From Carcharhinus amblyrhynchos (Eukaryota): a stretch of 64,000 bases of DNA. The notes beneath the pieces were generated by a model that made no database searches, had not been told where the DNA came from, and saw only the letters and a list, made by a program, of their open reading frames with translations. The DNA is taken from NCBI GenBank assembly GCA_965287045.1, contig OZ336886.1, positions 18,910,001 through 18,974,000 on the forward strand, given 5' to 3'. Both the position numbers and the translations under genes were made by a program. Positions 13,503-25,050 of this stretch are shown one piece after another. How positions within the stretch are numbered: position 1 is the stretch's first letter; each line of letters starts with the position of its first letter.

Positions 13503-13830
13503 GGGGAGCTGGTGGTGTAGTGGTATTGTCACTGGACTGGTAATCCAGTGACCCAGGGTAATGCTCTGGGGACCTGAGTTCGATTCCCACCATGGCAGAA
13601 TAACAAAAGAAAATCTGGAATTAAAAGTCTAACAATGAGCATGGAACCATTGTTGATTGTCAGAAAAACCCATCTGGTTCACTAATGTGCTTCAGAAAGG
13701 GAAATTTGATGTGCTCACCTGGTCTGGCCTACATGTGACTTCAGACTCCCTGAACAAGGGCAATTAGGTATGGGCAATAAACGTTGGCGTAGCCAGCAAA
13801 GCCCAACTTCTGTAAATGAATTGAAAAAAA
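13503..13830 (+). mobile_element. tRNA-headed SINE type C (tail GGGCAATAAA..GCCAGC..GAATGAA-A-rich)
   Basis: A box TGGTGTAGTGG, B box GTTCGATTCC, body ATCTGGTTCACTAATG..CCTACATGTGACT shared with six other copies in the window. Confidence 0.85.
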
Positions 13831-14689
13831 TTGCCTCTGACTGTTAAGCATCACATAAATGACATTGGTTGGGTCAGAAAGCAACGATTATCAGTTCTCT
13901 TAATATTCATTTGGAAAGAAAGGAGATCACTTTTGTCACTGCCTTGTAGCGCTCCACCAGATCTCCTGCTTTGCATTCCCACCATTCTACCCTCCTCTCC
14001 CTCCTGCCTGTGCTGCACCCACCACCCCCCCAACTCCCCCACTCTCAGCAACTCTTAACACCCAGCTGGAAACACAAAGTTCACTCTTATGGGGTTCTGA
14101 AATAAAATATTTTGTCTTTAGAGTGTCAACCTTGCTATTATTTTGATTATAAGAACGATTATGTGAAGGTTAGCTATGTAAATTTAGATATTCCTCTCTA
14201 TAACGATATCACTGGTATTTAGGTTGTGGGATGTGACCTAATATATTCACTTGTTATTTCAAACATACAATGACAGTTGATGCGAGTCCCCACAGCGAAG
14301 CCAAAAGATAAACCTAGCACTGAAATGCAATTATCAGACAAGGTTTGCTGTTCATTTCCCAAGTGCATTCCTGAAAATTTACCCAAACCTCACAGCAAGA
14401 ATAGACACTTTCAAAGGCTGAGGGAGCTGGAACTCATCCATGAGACTGATCTAAGATACAAGGGCCAGAATAATTTAAGGCTAAAAAAAATTAAGAAAGG
14501 TCCAAAAGACTTTTTGTTCAAAAACTGGATACTTCAATCCTACATCCAATCTGAAAACTGTACCTCAGTGTGTCAGAAATTGTATTTTTATACGATCAAC
14601 TACCTTAACAAAAACAAAGCGATTTGTTTCTCTTTGTGAGATGGTGTAGCTTGTCTCATTGGTGCAACATAACACTTTACAATAAACAT

Positions 14690-14995
14690 GTGGGTGGTAC
14701 AGTGGTTAGCACTGCTTCCTCACAGTGCCAGGGACCTGGGTTTGATTCCTGATTTGGGTCAACTGTGCAGGGTATGCATGTTCTTCCTGTGTCTGCGTGG
14801 TCTTCCTCCGGGTGCTCTGGTTTCCTCCCACAGTCCAAAAGACGTGCTGGTTAGGTGCATTGGCCATGCTAAATTCTCCTTCAGTGTACTCAAAAAGGCG
14901 CTGGAGTGTGGCGACTAGGGGCTTTCATAGTAACTTCATTGCAGTGCTAATGTAAGCCTACTTGTGACACAAATAAATAAATTTAAAACTTTAAA
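14690..14995 (+). mobile_element. V-SINE with type B tail
   Basis: HE1-like head and V-domain, then AGTAACTTCATTGCAGTGCTAATGTAAGCCTACTTGTGACAC-AAATAAATAAA. Confidence 0.9.
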
Positions 14996-16139
14996 CATGT
15001 GAACAAAACAGTTTGACATTCTTAGCAAGTGTTGCAAGATCCAAAGAGATATGGTCCACGTTATTTTGGGTTGCTCTCATATTCGAGCCCTTCAGTTGAA
15101 GGGCCAATGGATGATGAAAAAGACCCATAACTCACTGCTCACATCCACAATCTAATAGGCTGCACACTGCCCAATCATTTGCCCTTGGCTCAAAAAGTCT
15201 CGTCACTTCAAAAATCCATTTGTCTCAAATCTCCTTTGCCAGAGAAAAGAACTTGAACATGACAAAGGATCCACTGTGAACAAAATGTCCAGCACTGTGC
15301 AAAACCTTCACAAAATATGATTGCAGCTACCTCATGAAATTTATAATTGGGCAAAACCAAAAAGTGACCAGGTGGGCAGCAGGACCGCAGCGGCAATCTT
15401 CCCATTTAATGATGGCAGCCTGGCTCTCCACTCTGCCGGCCCAGTCAAAGGGCCGGCCACTCCGCAACCTCAGCAACAATGACAAGGAGCTTGAGGCCAC
15501 AAGGAGAATGAGAGGCTGCTTCCAATTTAAGGCATGCACACTTTGAAGGGGAGCCAGGACTTTCTCCCTGCTGGGCCAAACCTCAGCGATCAGTGGGGTA
15601 AGGCCTCCAGCAATGGTGTCGATTCCGATGGGGTGATGTCAGCCTTTGTGAACCCCCATCCCCTCCTTGAGCTATCGAGCATTAGGCTCCACCGGCATCC
15701 AGCCAAATCGCTGCAGCTGACAGCCTCCCCAGGTGACAGGGAGATACACTGCCAAGGGTAAAATGCCACCAGCTCCTGAAGACAGCCCATTGAATGGCCC
15801 TTAATCAGTTAACTTACCTGCCTGCCTCTGATTTGTGAGACTGCATCACGGATTGTCTCAATGTGGCACCCTGCCATTTAACAGCACTCCCACTCCACCT
15901 CAGAGGCCACCCAGGAGCTGGTAAAATTCCACCCAGCGTGTTCATTCTGCTGAAATGCACTCCTAGCTCATTTTACTGAGCAATGTTTTCCCTTACAGAC
16001 AATGCTCCATTAACTCATTTGTTGCACCATAAGTGTTCACTAATCAACAGAACAGCTGTGAGCTGGAGCTGTATTCCATGAAATGTTTTCCCTTTATGCT
16101 TTCTCTTCAATTTTGAGAATGCAGCGTTGAAAAGCGTAC

Positions 16140-16301
16140 CTTTGAAATCCCCTGTGTGTTGCTGGTTAACACAAGACTTGCAATGAATTCCACACACTGC
16201 ACGATTCGGGTGCAAGCCTTCTCTTCATTCTGGGCCATCCACAGTATGTGTTCGTCCACTAGCATCATGTTGCTGGCTATTTCTGTGATGGATTCTCCCA
16301 A
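16140..16301 (-). CDS. ADGRA2: ADGRA2 coding exon, GAIN domain
   Basis: LGESITEIASNMMLVDEHILWMAQNEEKACTRIVQCVEFIASLVLTSNTQGISK. Acceptor ttgctccacag, donor AAG|gtacgc; 162 nt, phase 0-0. Confidence 0.95.
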
Positions 16302-16375
16302 CTGTGGAGCAAAAGATATAAATTTATATTTGGATGATTCATCACCAGGTATCACCTTGCACTGCAAACACAGGA

Positions 16376-16703
16376 TTATAGAATAATAGAATCCCTACAG
16401 TGTAGGAGGAGGCCATTCAGCCCATTGAGCCTGCACTGACCACAATCCCAGCCAGGCCCTATCTCCTTAGCCTCAAATATTTACCCTGCTAATCCCCCTG
16501 ACACTAAGGGGCAATTTAGCATGGCCAATCCAACTAACTCTCACATCTTTAGACTATGGGAGGAAACTGGAGCATGTGGAGGAAAACCATGCAGACACGG
16601 GGAGAATGTGCAAACTCCACACAGACAGTCATCCAAGGCCAGAATTGAATCTGGGCCCTTGGCACTATGCGGCAGCAGTGCTAACCACTGTGTCACTGTG
16701 CCA
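16376..16703 (-). mobile_element. HE1 SINE ending ~75 bp upstream of an ADGRA2 acceptor
   Basis: Head, V-domain and CACTGTAGGGATTCTATT tail. Confidence 0.9.
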
Positions 16704-16747
16704 GCTATTTTGAAACTGGTACATTAGCATTTAATCCAAAAAATTAC

Positions 16748-17040
16748 AGTGGCACAGTGGTTAGCACTGCTGACTCACAGTGCCAAGTTCGATTCTTGGG
16801 TCACTGTCTGTGCAGAGTTTGCACTTTCTCCCTGCGTCTGTGTAGGTTTCCTCTGGATGCTCCAGTTTCCTCGCACAGTCTGAAAGACGTGCTGGTTAGG
16901 TGCAGTGGCCACGTTAAATTCTCCCTCAGTGAACCTGAACAGGCACTGGAGTGTGACGACTAGGGGATTTTCACAGTAACTTCATTGAAGTGTGAATGTA
17001 AGCCTGCTTATAATTAATAAATAAACTTAAATTTTTAAAA
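16748..17040 (+). mobile_element. V-SINE with type B tail, head-to-head with the preceding HE1
   Basis: GTGGCACAGTGGTTAGCACTGCTG head; TCACAGTAACTTCATTGAAGTG..AATAAATAAACTT tail. Confidence 0.9.
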
Positions 17041-17433
17041 CTAAAGGTGACCATGAATATCCATTCAAATATCAACCTTTATTCATTCAGCCTTCCCTAC
17101 TTTTACCCACATGACTGATTTCTTCCATTTCATAATACAGTCAAACCAAATTGCAGGTAACTGCATGGTGCAGACATGATTTCAAACAAACTACTATTGT
17201 TAATATTCGGTCATCATACAGTGTCAGTTTTTTAAAATCTGTCTCGATAAGTAACGTACCCAATAGCAGTTTAATGCTGGTGCTATTTGAGAGGGTTGTG
17301 AATGGCTACACCTCAGTGTAATTGTCTCTCAAAAGTACTTTAGCCAGACTGAGGAAATGTAGAAGCTCTCCACATTAAAAAAAACACAAATGAGGATGGT
17401 TGAGTTTGTGGGAGGCCAGTCATCACAGCACCA

Positions 17434-17770
17434 GGGGAGGCGGTGGTCCAGTGGTATTATTACTAGACTATTAATCCAGAAACTCAACTAATGTTCTGAG
17501 GACCCAAATTTGGCAGATGGCTGAATTTGAATTCAGTAAAACATACCTGAAATCTACTGATAACTATGAAACCATGTCATTGTTGGAAAATCCCATCCGG
17601 TTTACCAATGCCTTTTAGGGAAGGAAATCTGCTGTCCTTTCCTGGCCTGTCTACATGTGACTCCAGAGCCACAGCAAAGCGGTTGACTCTCAACTGCCCT
17701 CAGTGTCAATGGCAACCAATAAATGCTGGCCAGCCAGTGCTGCCCATGTCCCAAGAATGAATTTAAGAAA
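17434..17770 (+). mobile_element. SINE type C
   Basis: GGGGAGGCGGTGGTCCAGTGG head; AATAAATGCTGGCCAGCCAG..GAATGAA tail. Confidence 0.85.
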
Positions 17771-17959
17771 AGGACATCAGTGCAAAAGCTCTTCAAGGCC
17801 ATGTCCTTACTCAAATCACCTTCAGTTTCTTTACTGAATGCCTCTCTTTTCTCACAAGGTTAGAATGAGGCTGTTAATTGACAATTCCAGAGTGTTCATC
17901 TCATTCACAATTTGCGATAAACAGCCCTTGATAGAATACAGCATGATCTCGATAACATC

Positions 17960-19050
17960 TAAACTGCAGCTGACACGTGGCCGATAACATTCGCAATGTA
18001 TAAAAGCCTGGTAATGGCCATCTTAAACAACAGTAAGCCCAGCTGACTCTCCTTGAATTTCAACTGTCCCATTATCACCACATCCTCATACACCAACAAC
18101 CTGAAAGTAAAACTGATTAGAAGTTGTATTGAAACAACTATATCAACACGAAGAATCCAAGAGCAGAGAAAATGCCATGCACTCTGACTTGTGGCTTAAC
18201 TCCTGACTCCTCAGCTCTATGCACTATCTACAAGGGACGAGTGAGGAGAACTAGGAGCAGGATTAGGCATTTCAGCCCCTCAAACCCACTCCACCATTCA
18301 ACATGTTTATGATTGATCCTGTCTCAGCCTCAACTGCACTTTTGTGCCTCTTCTCCATAATCCTTCAACCCAATACGAATTAAAGATCTGTCTATCTCCT
18401 CCTTAAATTTCTTCAATGTTTCAACATCCACTGCACTCTAGGGTAGCAGTTCTACAGATTCATTTGAGGCAAGTAGTTTCTCCTCATCTCTGTTTTAAAT
18501 CAGCTATTTTAAAACTATGAACTCTTCTTCTAGATTGCCCCACATGAGAAAGCATCCACTCTATGTCTATTCTATCAATACTTTGTATTATCTTATGTAT
18601 CTCAATTAGATCTCCTCTCATTCTTCTAAACTGAGTGTAGGCTTAAACCACTCAATCTCTCTTCATGAGACAAACCCCCTCATTTCTGGAATCAATCTTG
18701 TGAACTTCCTCTGAACTGCCTCTAATGCCACTACATCCTTCCTCAAATTGGGGGACCAAAACTGTACACAGTATTCCACTTATGGTCTTACCAATGCCTT
18801 GTATAGATGCAACAACAGTCCCTTACTTTGATGCTCTATTCCTTTAGCTATAAATGCCAAAATTCAATTTGCTTTCCTTATTACTTGTTGTACATGTATA
18901 CAAGCTTTCTGGGACTCATGTATGAGGACACTCAGATCCCACTGCACTGAAGCACCCCAAAGTATCTCTCCGTTCTGATAATAAGTTGCCTTTTCCAACC
19001 AAAATGGATAATCTCATTTTTATCCACATTCAACACCATTGCCTATTCCT
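17960..19050. mobile_element. LINE fragments: plus-strand CR1/L2-group ORF2 end (~17960-18248) followed by minus-strand CR1 3' end (~18250-19050)
   Basis: LLTPQ..TIYK..VR-like segment at 18200-18248; CR1 tail and ORF2 end on the minus strand. Confidence 0.75.
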
Positions 19051-19051
19051 A

Positions 19052-19359
19052 ACTATCCCCCATTTCCAAGGGCATTTGAGAGTCAACTCCATTGCTGAGA
19101 ATCTGAAGTCACATGTAGGCCAGATCAGGTAAGGATGACAAATTACCTTCCCTAAAGGACAATAGTGAACCAGATGAGTTTTTGCGACGATTGACAATGG
19201 TTTCACGGTTACCAGTAAACTTTTAATCCCAGATTTTTAAAAACTGAATTTAACTTTCACCATCTGCCCAAGTAGTATTTGAACCCAAGTTCCCAGAGCA
19301 TTACTCTGTGTCTTTGGATTAATAATTCAGCGACAACACCACTGCACCATCACATCCCC
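19052..19359 (-). mobile_element. SINE type C (reverse copy)
   Basis: Reverse complement of the 13503-13830 family. Confidence 0.82.
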
Positions 19360-19407
19360 AGTGGCAACAACTGAATAACAGACTTTGACTGACTGGTGCC
19401 TGTGTTG

Positions 19408-19770
19408 TCATAAAATCCCTGCAGTGCAGAAAGATACCATTTGGCCCATCAAGTCTGCACTGCCTCCCTTACAGAATATCTTAGCTAGGCCCTCCCCCTG
19501 CCGTATTCTTATTACGCCAGTAGTATTGAACTTGCTAATCTCCCTAACCTACACATCTTTGGATATTAAAGAGCAATTTACCACAGCCAGTTCATCTAAC
19601 CTGCACATCTTTGGAGTGTGGAAGGAAACCGGGGAACCTGGAGGAACCCCACAGAGACACAGGGCGAACATACAAACTCCACACGGACAGTCACGCAGGG
19701 CTGGAATTGAACCCAAGTCCCTGGTGCTGTGAGGCAGCAGTGCTAACCACAGTGCCATCATGCTGCCCCT
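19408..19770 (-). mobile_element. HE1 SINE
   Basis: Full head, V-domain and tail. Confidence 0.9.
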
Positions 19771-20427
19771 AACATTGCAGTCACTTAATATCGTAGCTGC
19801 ATTTCTGAAAAGTACAAACTCTAAGTGAAACAACATAAGCAAATCAGATATTCCTATTACAACCAATGCAAACACTGTAGTTACAACCTGAAGGGCCTTC
19901 CCCATGAGAAAAATATTATGCTATACAAGTTCAATTACTGCACGTTCACAAATTCCTATATTCATAAATGAAGTAACTATTAAAACAAAATTAACTTTAA
20001 AATATTCAAGAAATATGCCAACGCTTTCCACTTACTTCCCGCTCACTGAATCTCTTCCACTCGCTGGCTTTTCCCCCTCATTGCTTCCCTCTCCCACTTC
20101 ATCCCACCTGCTGGCACTCCCATTCGCTGCCTCTCCTTCACACACCACTCCCCTCTCCTCATATCCTTGCACTTTTGCAGTGAGCAAGGAATCAGGAGAG
20201 GGGTGATGAGTGGGACGAAGCAAGTGTGGGAGTCAGAGAAGCTGTGAGCTTGAAGGATGGGAGAGGGAGTGATAAATGGAAAGGTTAGAGAGGGAGGAAC
20301 GAGTTGCAGAGGTGGCAAGTGTGATGGTCGGGGAGCAGGAGAGGCCACTTCAAAATGGTTCCAATTAGATCATACGATGCTACATCAGCCTTGGCATGAA
20401 ACAATACTAAAGCGGAATTCTGACACT

Positions 20428-21370
20428 AAGGGGGTGATCTTACTGGCTCATCTTGCCAGTCGGTCAGTGTGACAAGACAATAAGATTGTGCAGCAACAAA
20501 AACCTGGATTCTGCACCTGGTTTTTTGCCTGTTGCAATATTACCTCCCTGATCTGTGGGTGCAAGGCTGATTTAAATATTTACCTAATTTTAATATTACT
20601 AGTGAGTCTGAGACATAATTGTCTGGGCTCACTTGCCTTAATAGCCTCGGCGCTGGATATCCTCACTGACGAGGATCACGTATTGTCCCCCACCAACTGG
20701 GGGAACCTGACGTGATGGCCTTACAGGTGGGATTGGAGGACATTGAACTGGCCTGGGTAGTCAGGGTCAGGGGTGGGCAATGCCACTGGCACTATTGGCC
20801 TGGGACCCCAACACCCTAGTCCATTGGACACCATGGCACTGCTCATCTGGCATCCTGGCAATGCCCACCAGGCATTGGGTAGTGCCAATGGGTGGGAAGG
20901 GCAGGGCCAAAGGGCCTGAAGGGGAAGCAGGGCATGAGGTGTTTCATACTCTGTATCAAGCATTGCCAGGGTGGCAATCAGCAATGGGGAATCAAGGGCA
21001 TTAATCAGCTGAGGGGGGAGTATTGGGGTAATTGCGGTGTCACTCGGTCGAGTGGAGGGGCATTGGGGGCTGCGATCATCTGGAGCATGGGACTCTGGGC
21101 AGCAATCGAAGATGTAGGAGTGTAATGTCCTGGGGGTGGGAGGAATGACAGTTTCCCAATGCACTGTGTACACTTTGCACAGGCGCACTGGGAGATCAGG
21201 GGTGCATATGCAATAGCCCCCATCCAGCAGTCTGTAGTTGGCTTCATGGTATGAATAGACGCCATCCACTCCCCCTATTGCATTTAGGTTTCTTTTTCTA
21301 AGTGCCATAAGATACGTTCTAGGAGCTCTCTCCCATTTTCACGTTCATTTGGCACTTAGAATTTTTGTTA
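20428..21370. mobile_element. GC-rich non-autonomous DNA transposon relic (probably Harbinger-type)
   Basis: Internal GGCA/TGCC-rich degenerate repeats, sharply GC-rich against the AT-rich flanks; no coding homology recognised. Confidence 0.4.
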
Positions 21371-22524
21371 GAAGTGCTTAGATTGCCACTATATCTTGAT
21401 GCTGAATGAGGCAACTTAAATTGGGAATTTCCTGCATTGGTGTCACTTCTGCATCACTGGTATTCCCTGTTGTGGTAGCATACTTACTACAGGAGCTTTT
21501 GAAGGAGAAGTCCCACCACAGTCTTCTCAGAGCAAGAACAATGGGCAATAAGTGAAGCTTGCCAGCATTGTCAGAAAACACATTTTTAACAATCTCAGTC
21601 AGGTGTGGCGTTGTATTTGCAGGCTGGTGAAAATGTTACAGGAATTTTTAAAAGTAGGTAATCTTCATATTTTTTTCAAACTTGAAGTTTGAAATTAAAA
21701 ACATGACCTTGTTGCAATAATAACAAGTGATGAGAAGGAGGTCAGCACACAAAGTAAAATGTTTATCTGCCCATGATGTTAACATCAGCACAACCTGGAC
21801 ACTGTATTTATCATTTTTCTTAAATAATAGAGACACACAAATCACCTTGACTGCTGTATAACTTCACTATCACCATCATAAACTGCAAACAAATCTAACA
21901 AGGCCATTTGGCTCACAAATTTATTCATTGAGGTCTCAGGACGGATGGGAAGATTTGAAGAATAACAGACAACCCAAATGCAAATATTTAAGTGGCTGAA
22001 TTGAAGACAATTTTTTTATTAACAGTTGGAATGGGTCTGGCATTATCCAACTTGTGTTTGCTATACACACAACTAAATATTCTTTCCCATTCTGAAAGCT
22101 GCAAGTGGTAAATAAAGAAATCATTATAACTTGATCCTAAAATGTTTTGGGTAGTGTTGCAACAATACCCATTCAGGTGAGCAGTGAATATCCCTTCACA
22201 TTTCTGATTTAACCCTTAACCTTTTTGGAAGGAAAGAGACAGCATAGTTCTTTGACTGCTGTAATAGTGAAGAATTATTTTCCAAACTGAAAAATGGATT
22301 GCACTGAGCATTTTCTCAATGTGACTAAATCTGCACTGTGACTGTTACACAATAATGAACAATACAAGCATTGTCAATTCAAGAGCACCCATTTCACAAC
22401 CAGCAATGATAACAACTTGCAATATATAACACCATTGATATAGCAAAACATCCCAAGGTATCTCATAAGAGTGTCTTCAGATGGAGACAAGGCGATATGT
22501 GGGCAAGTGACTAAATGGTTACCA

Positions 22525-22850
22525 GGCTAGCCCATTGTAATTGGGGTATGCTGACACCTGCCATGACGGTTTGTCCAGGCTAGGTTAGAGTAACAGATCA
22601 GAGTAGCCGATGAGGTAAAACGGAGGCTTTCCCTGATGCAATTCTTCAAAGTCATCTCGGCCTTTTGGCTAAGATAGAGCATTAGATCAAGCCCACCAAG
22701 GGGTGCAATGCCTCATCCTGTCAGCTTGGATCTTATTTGATGCAATGTCCCATCTTGTGAGTCTGGATTTTGTCTGATCCTCATGTGGCCACCATGAATT
22801 GGATTCAACTTGAACTGGGCATTTTGGTTGCAATAGTAGTACCGAAAATT
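22525..22850 (+). mobile_element. Unclassified insertion containing a U2 snRNA 5'-end fragment
   Basis: TCTCGGCCTTTTGGCTAAGAT (22655-22675) is identical to U2 snRNA nt 7-27. It interrupts an L2-like relic, with a possible short TTACCA duplication at the junctions. Confidence 0.6.
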
Positions 22851-22944
22851 ACCAAAAAAAAGACCCAATAGACTTTAGGTAGCATTTTAAAGCAAAAGAG
22901 AAGTCGAGATTCAGGGAAGTTTGGGAGGAAATTCTTAACATAAC

Positions 22945-25050
22945 AAATGAGGAGGTCATTCAGCTCAACATGTCAACACCTGCTTTTTGCAGATGCAATT
23001 GAACTAGCGCCACCTTGGGTGCTTACCCAGTTCCCTTCTGTGAGTCATAATTAAATCTGACACCACCACCCCTTTCAGGAAGTGCATTCCCAGATCAGAA
23101 TCATGCACCCCGCATAAAAAATTTTTCCCTCATGTTGTCTCTGGTTGTCTTGTCAATCACATTAAATCTGTGTCCTCTGATTCCCAGCCCTTCCATCAAC
23201 GGAAACACTTTTGATCTATTTTGCCCAGATCCCTCATGCTTTTGAGCACCTTCATCAGACCTCCTCTTAACCATTCCTTTTCTGAGAAGAGCCTCAGCTT
23301 CTCCAGTCTTTTCACAATACAGGAGATCCTTAACCTTGTACCATTCTTGCAAATCTCTCCTACACTCTCCATGGAGCCTTCACATTCTTCTTAAAGGTCC
23401 AGTGTTTTATATAAAAGATTCATCATAACTTCCTCGTTTATTTACTCGATGCAACAATTTATAAGCTCAGGATCCTGCATACCCTTTTAATTGCATTTTC
23501 AAATTACCCAGCCACCATCAATGATTTGAGCTCATGGAGGCACTGGTCTCGTGATATTGTCACTGGATGAATAATCCAGAGACCCAGGATAATGCTCATG
23601 GCAAATGGTGAGATTTGAATTCAAAGAAAAATCTGGAATTAAAGTGATGACCATGAAACCATTGTCGACTGTCGGAAAAACCCATCTGGTTCACTAATGT
23701 TGTTCAGGGAAGGGAATCTGCCATCCTTACATAGTCTGGCCTACATGTGACTCCAGACCCATAGCAATGTGATTGGCTCTTAAATGCCCTCAGGGATGGG
23801 AGGCAAATGCTGACCCAGCCAGCGACACCCACATCCCTTGAACAAATATAAAAAAGTACCAAATTTTCTGACCTTATATATCCTTTAGAATGGTACTCTG
23901 CCTCTCCAGTCTTCTGCCAAATCATACCACTGCACATTTCTCTGCATTCAATTTTATTTGTCACATGTCACCCCAATACAGCAGCCTGTCTACATCCCCT
24001 TGAAGTTTATCATTATCCTCCTCACAGATCCGTACGCTACAGTTTTGTATCATTTGCAAATTCTGAAATGGTGACACAGCGGGTGGTGCCCTGCCTCTGA
24101 GTCAGTAGCTCCAGGTTCAAGTCCCACCCAGGACTTGAAGGCCAAGGAATGCGCAAACAGGTTGATATCAACCTCAATAGCAGGCAGTAAGGGCAAGAGA
24201 GATTCCTGGTCAGCTATGTAATGGAATGGAAGTCTCTGCCATCTCTCTCTGCAAGCTACAATATGCATGTAAAAAATGCATGTTGCCATAGCAACTCAGA
24301 TACCCCAAAGGAGTTGTAACACACTACTAACACATTAATATATACTGATAAGTGCCCACCCTACATAGTTTCCTCCAGTATATAAAAAAAAGCTGTGCAT
24401 CACTCCTTCCTGCACATTCTCCCCGTGTCTGTGTGGGTTTCCTCTGGGTGCTCCAATTTCCTCCCACAGTCCAAAAGACATGCCTTGGCCATGCTAAATT
24501 TTCCTTTGGTGTGCCCGAACAGGTGCTGGAGTGTGGTGACTAGGGGATTTTCACAATAGCTTCATTACAATTTTAATGCAAGCTTACTTGTGACACTAAT
24601 GAATAAACTTAAAAAATGTCAGTCAGCCAACTTTGTATCCAAGCTGTCACTGCCCCTTTTAATCCATGTTTTTTTTACCTCACTAACAAAAGCCTGTTAT
24701 GCACAGCACTTTTATCAAATGCCTTTTGGCAGGCCACGTACTGCATTACCCCCATCAATCCACTCTGTTACCTCATCAAAGAATTCAATCAAATTAGTTA
24801 AACTTGAGGTGCCTAAAGAAAAAATCCACCCTGGCTTCTATTGGTTAATCCTTGCCTGTCAAAGTGACTGTTAATTTTGCCCTGTGTGATATATTTGCTG
24901 AAAACCTTGACACCGCCAAGGTTAAGCAGAATGGCCTGTAGTTGCTGAGTTTACCCTCAAGCGCTTCTGACGCCACTCCCATTTTCTGAGAAGGATTGTA
25001 AGATTACAGCCATTGTTTCCACAATTTTTGCCCTTACTTCTCTCAGCATT
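22945..25050 (-). mobile_element. Fragmented old CR1 LINE with nested SINEs (type C 23535-23855 +; type B V-SINE 3' part 24405-24612 +)
   Basis: KVFPLMEGLGIRGHRFNVI; RT-region remnants at 23870-24060 and 24615-25050 separated by insertions. Confidence 0.75.

Noticed and set aside
14690-14760. tRNA genes at SINE heads
   Set aside because: A/B boxes run straight into SINE bodies; no complete cloverleaf.
20721-21308. 195-aa ORF, the longest in the track
   Set aside because: Lies in a GC-rich repeat relic with no recognisable homology; likely a chance ORF.
22551-22601. Twister ribozyme reading of the structured segment
   Set aside because: Only superficial similarity; the conserved UAA cleavage loop and pseudoknot partners could not be placed. 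The HDV-like order fits better, though still imperfectly.
22655-22690. Functional U2 snRNA gene
   Set aside because: Only ~21-35 nt of the 5' end match; no Sm site or 3' stem-loops.
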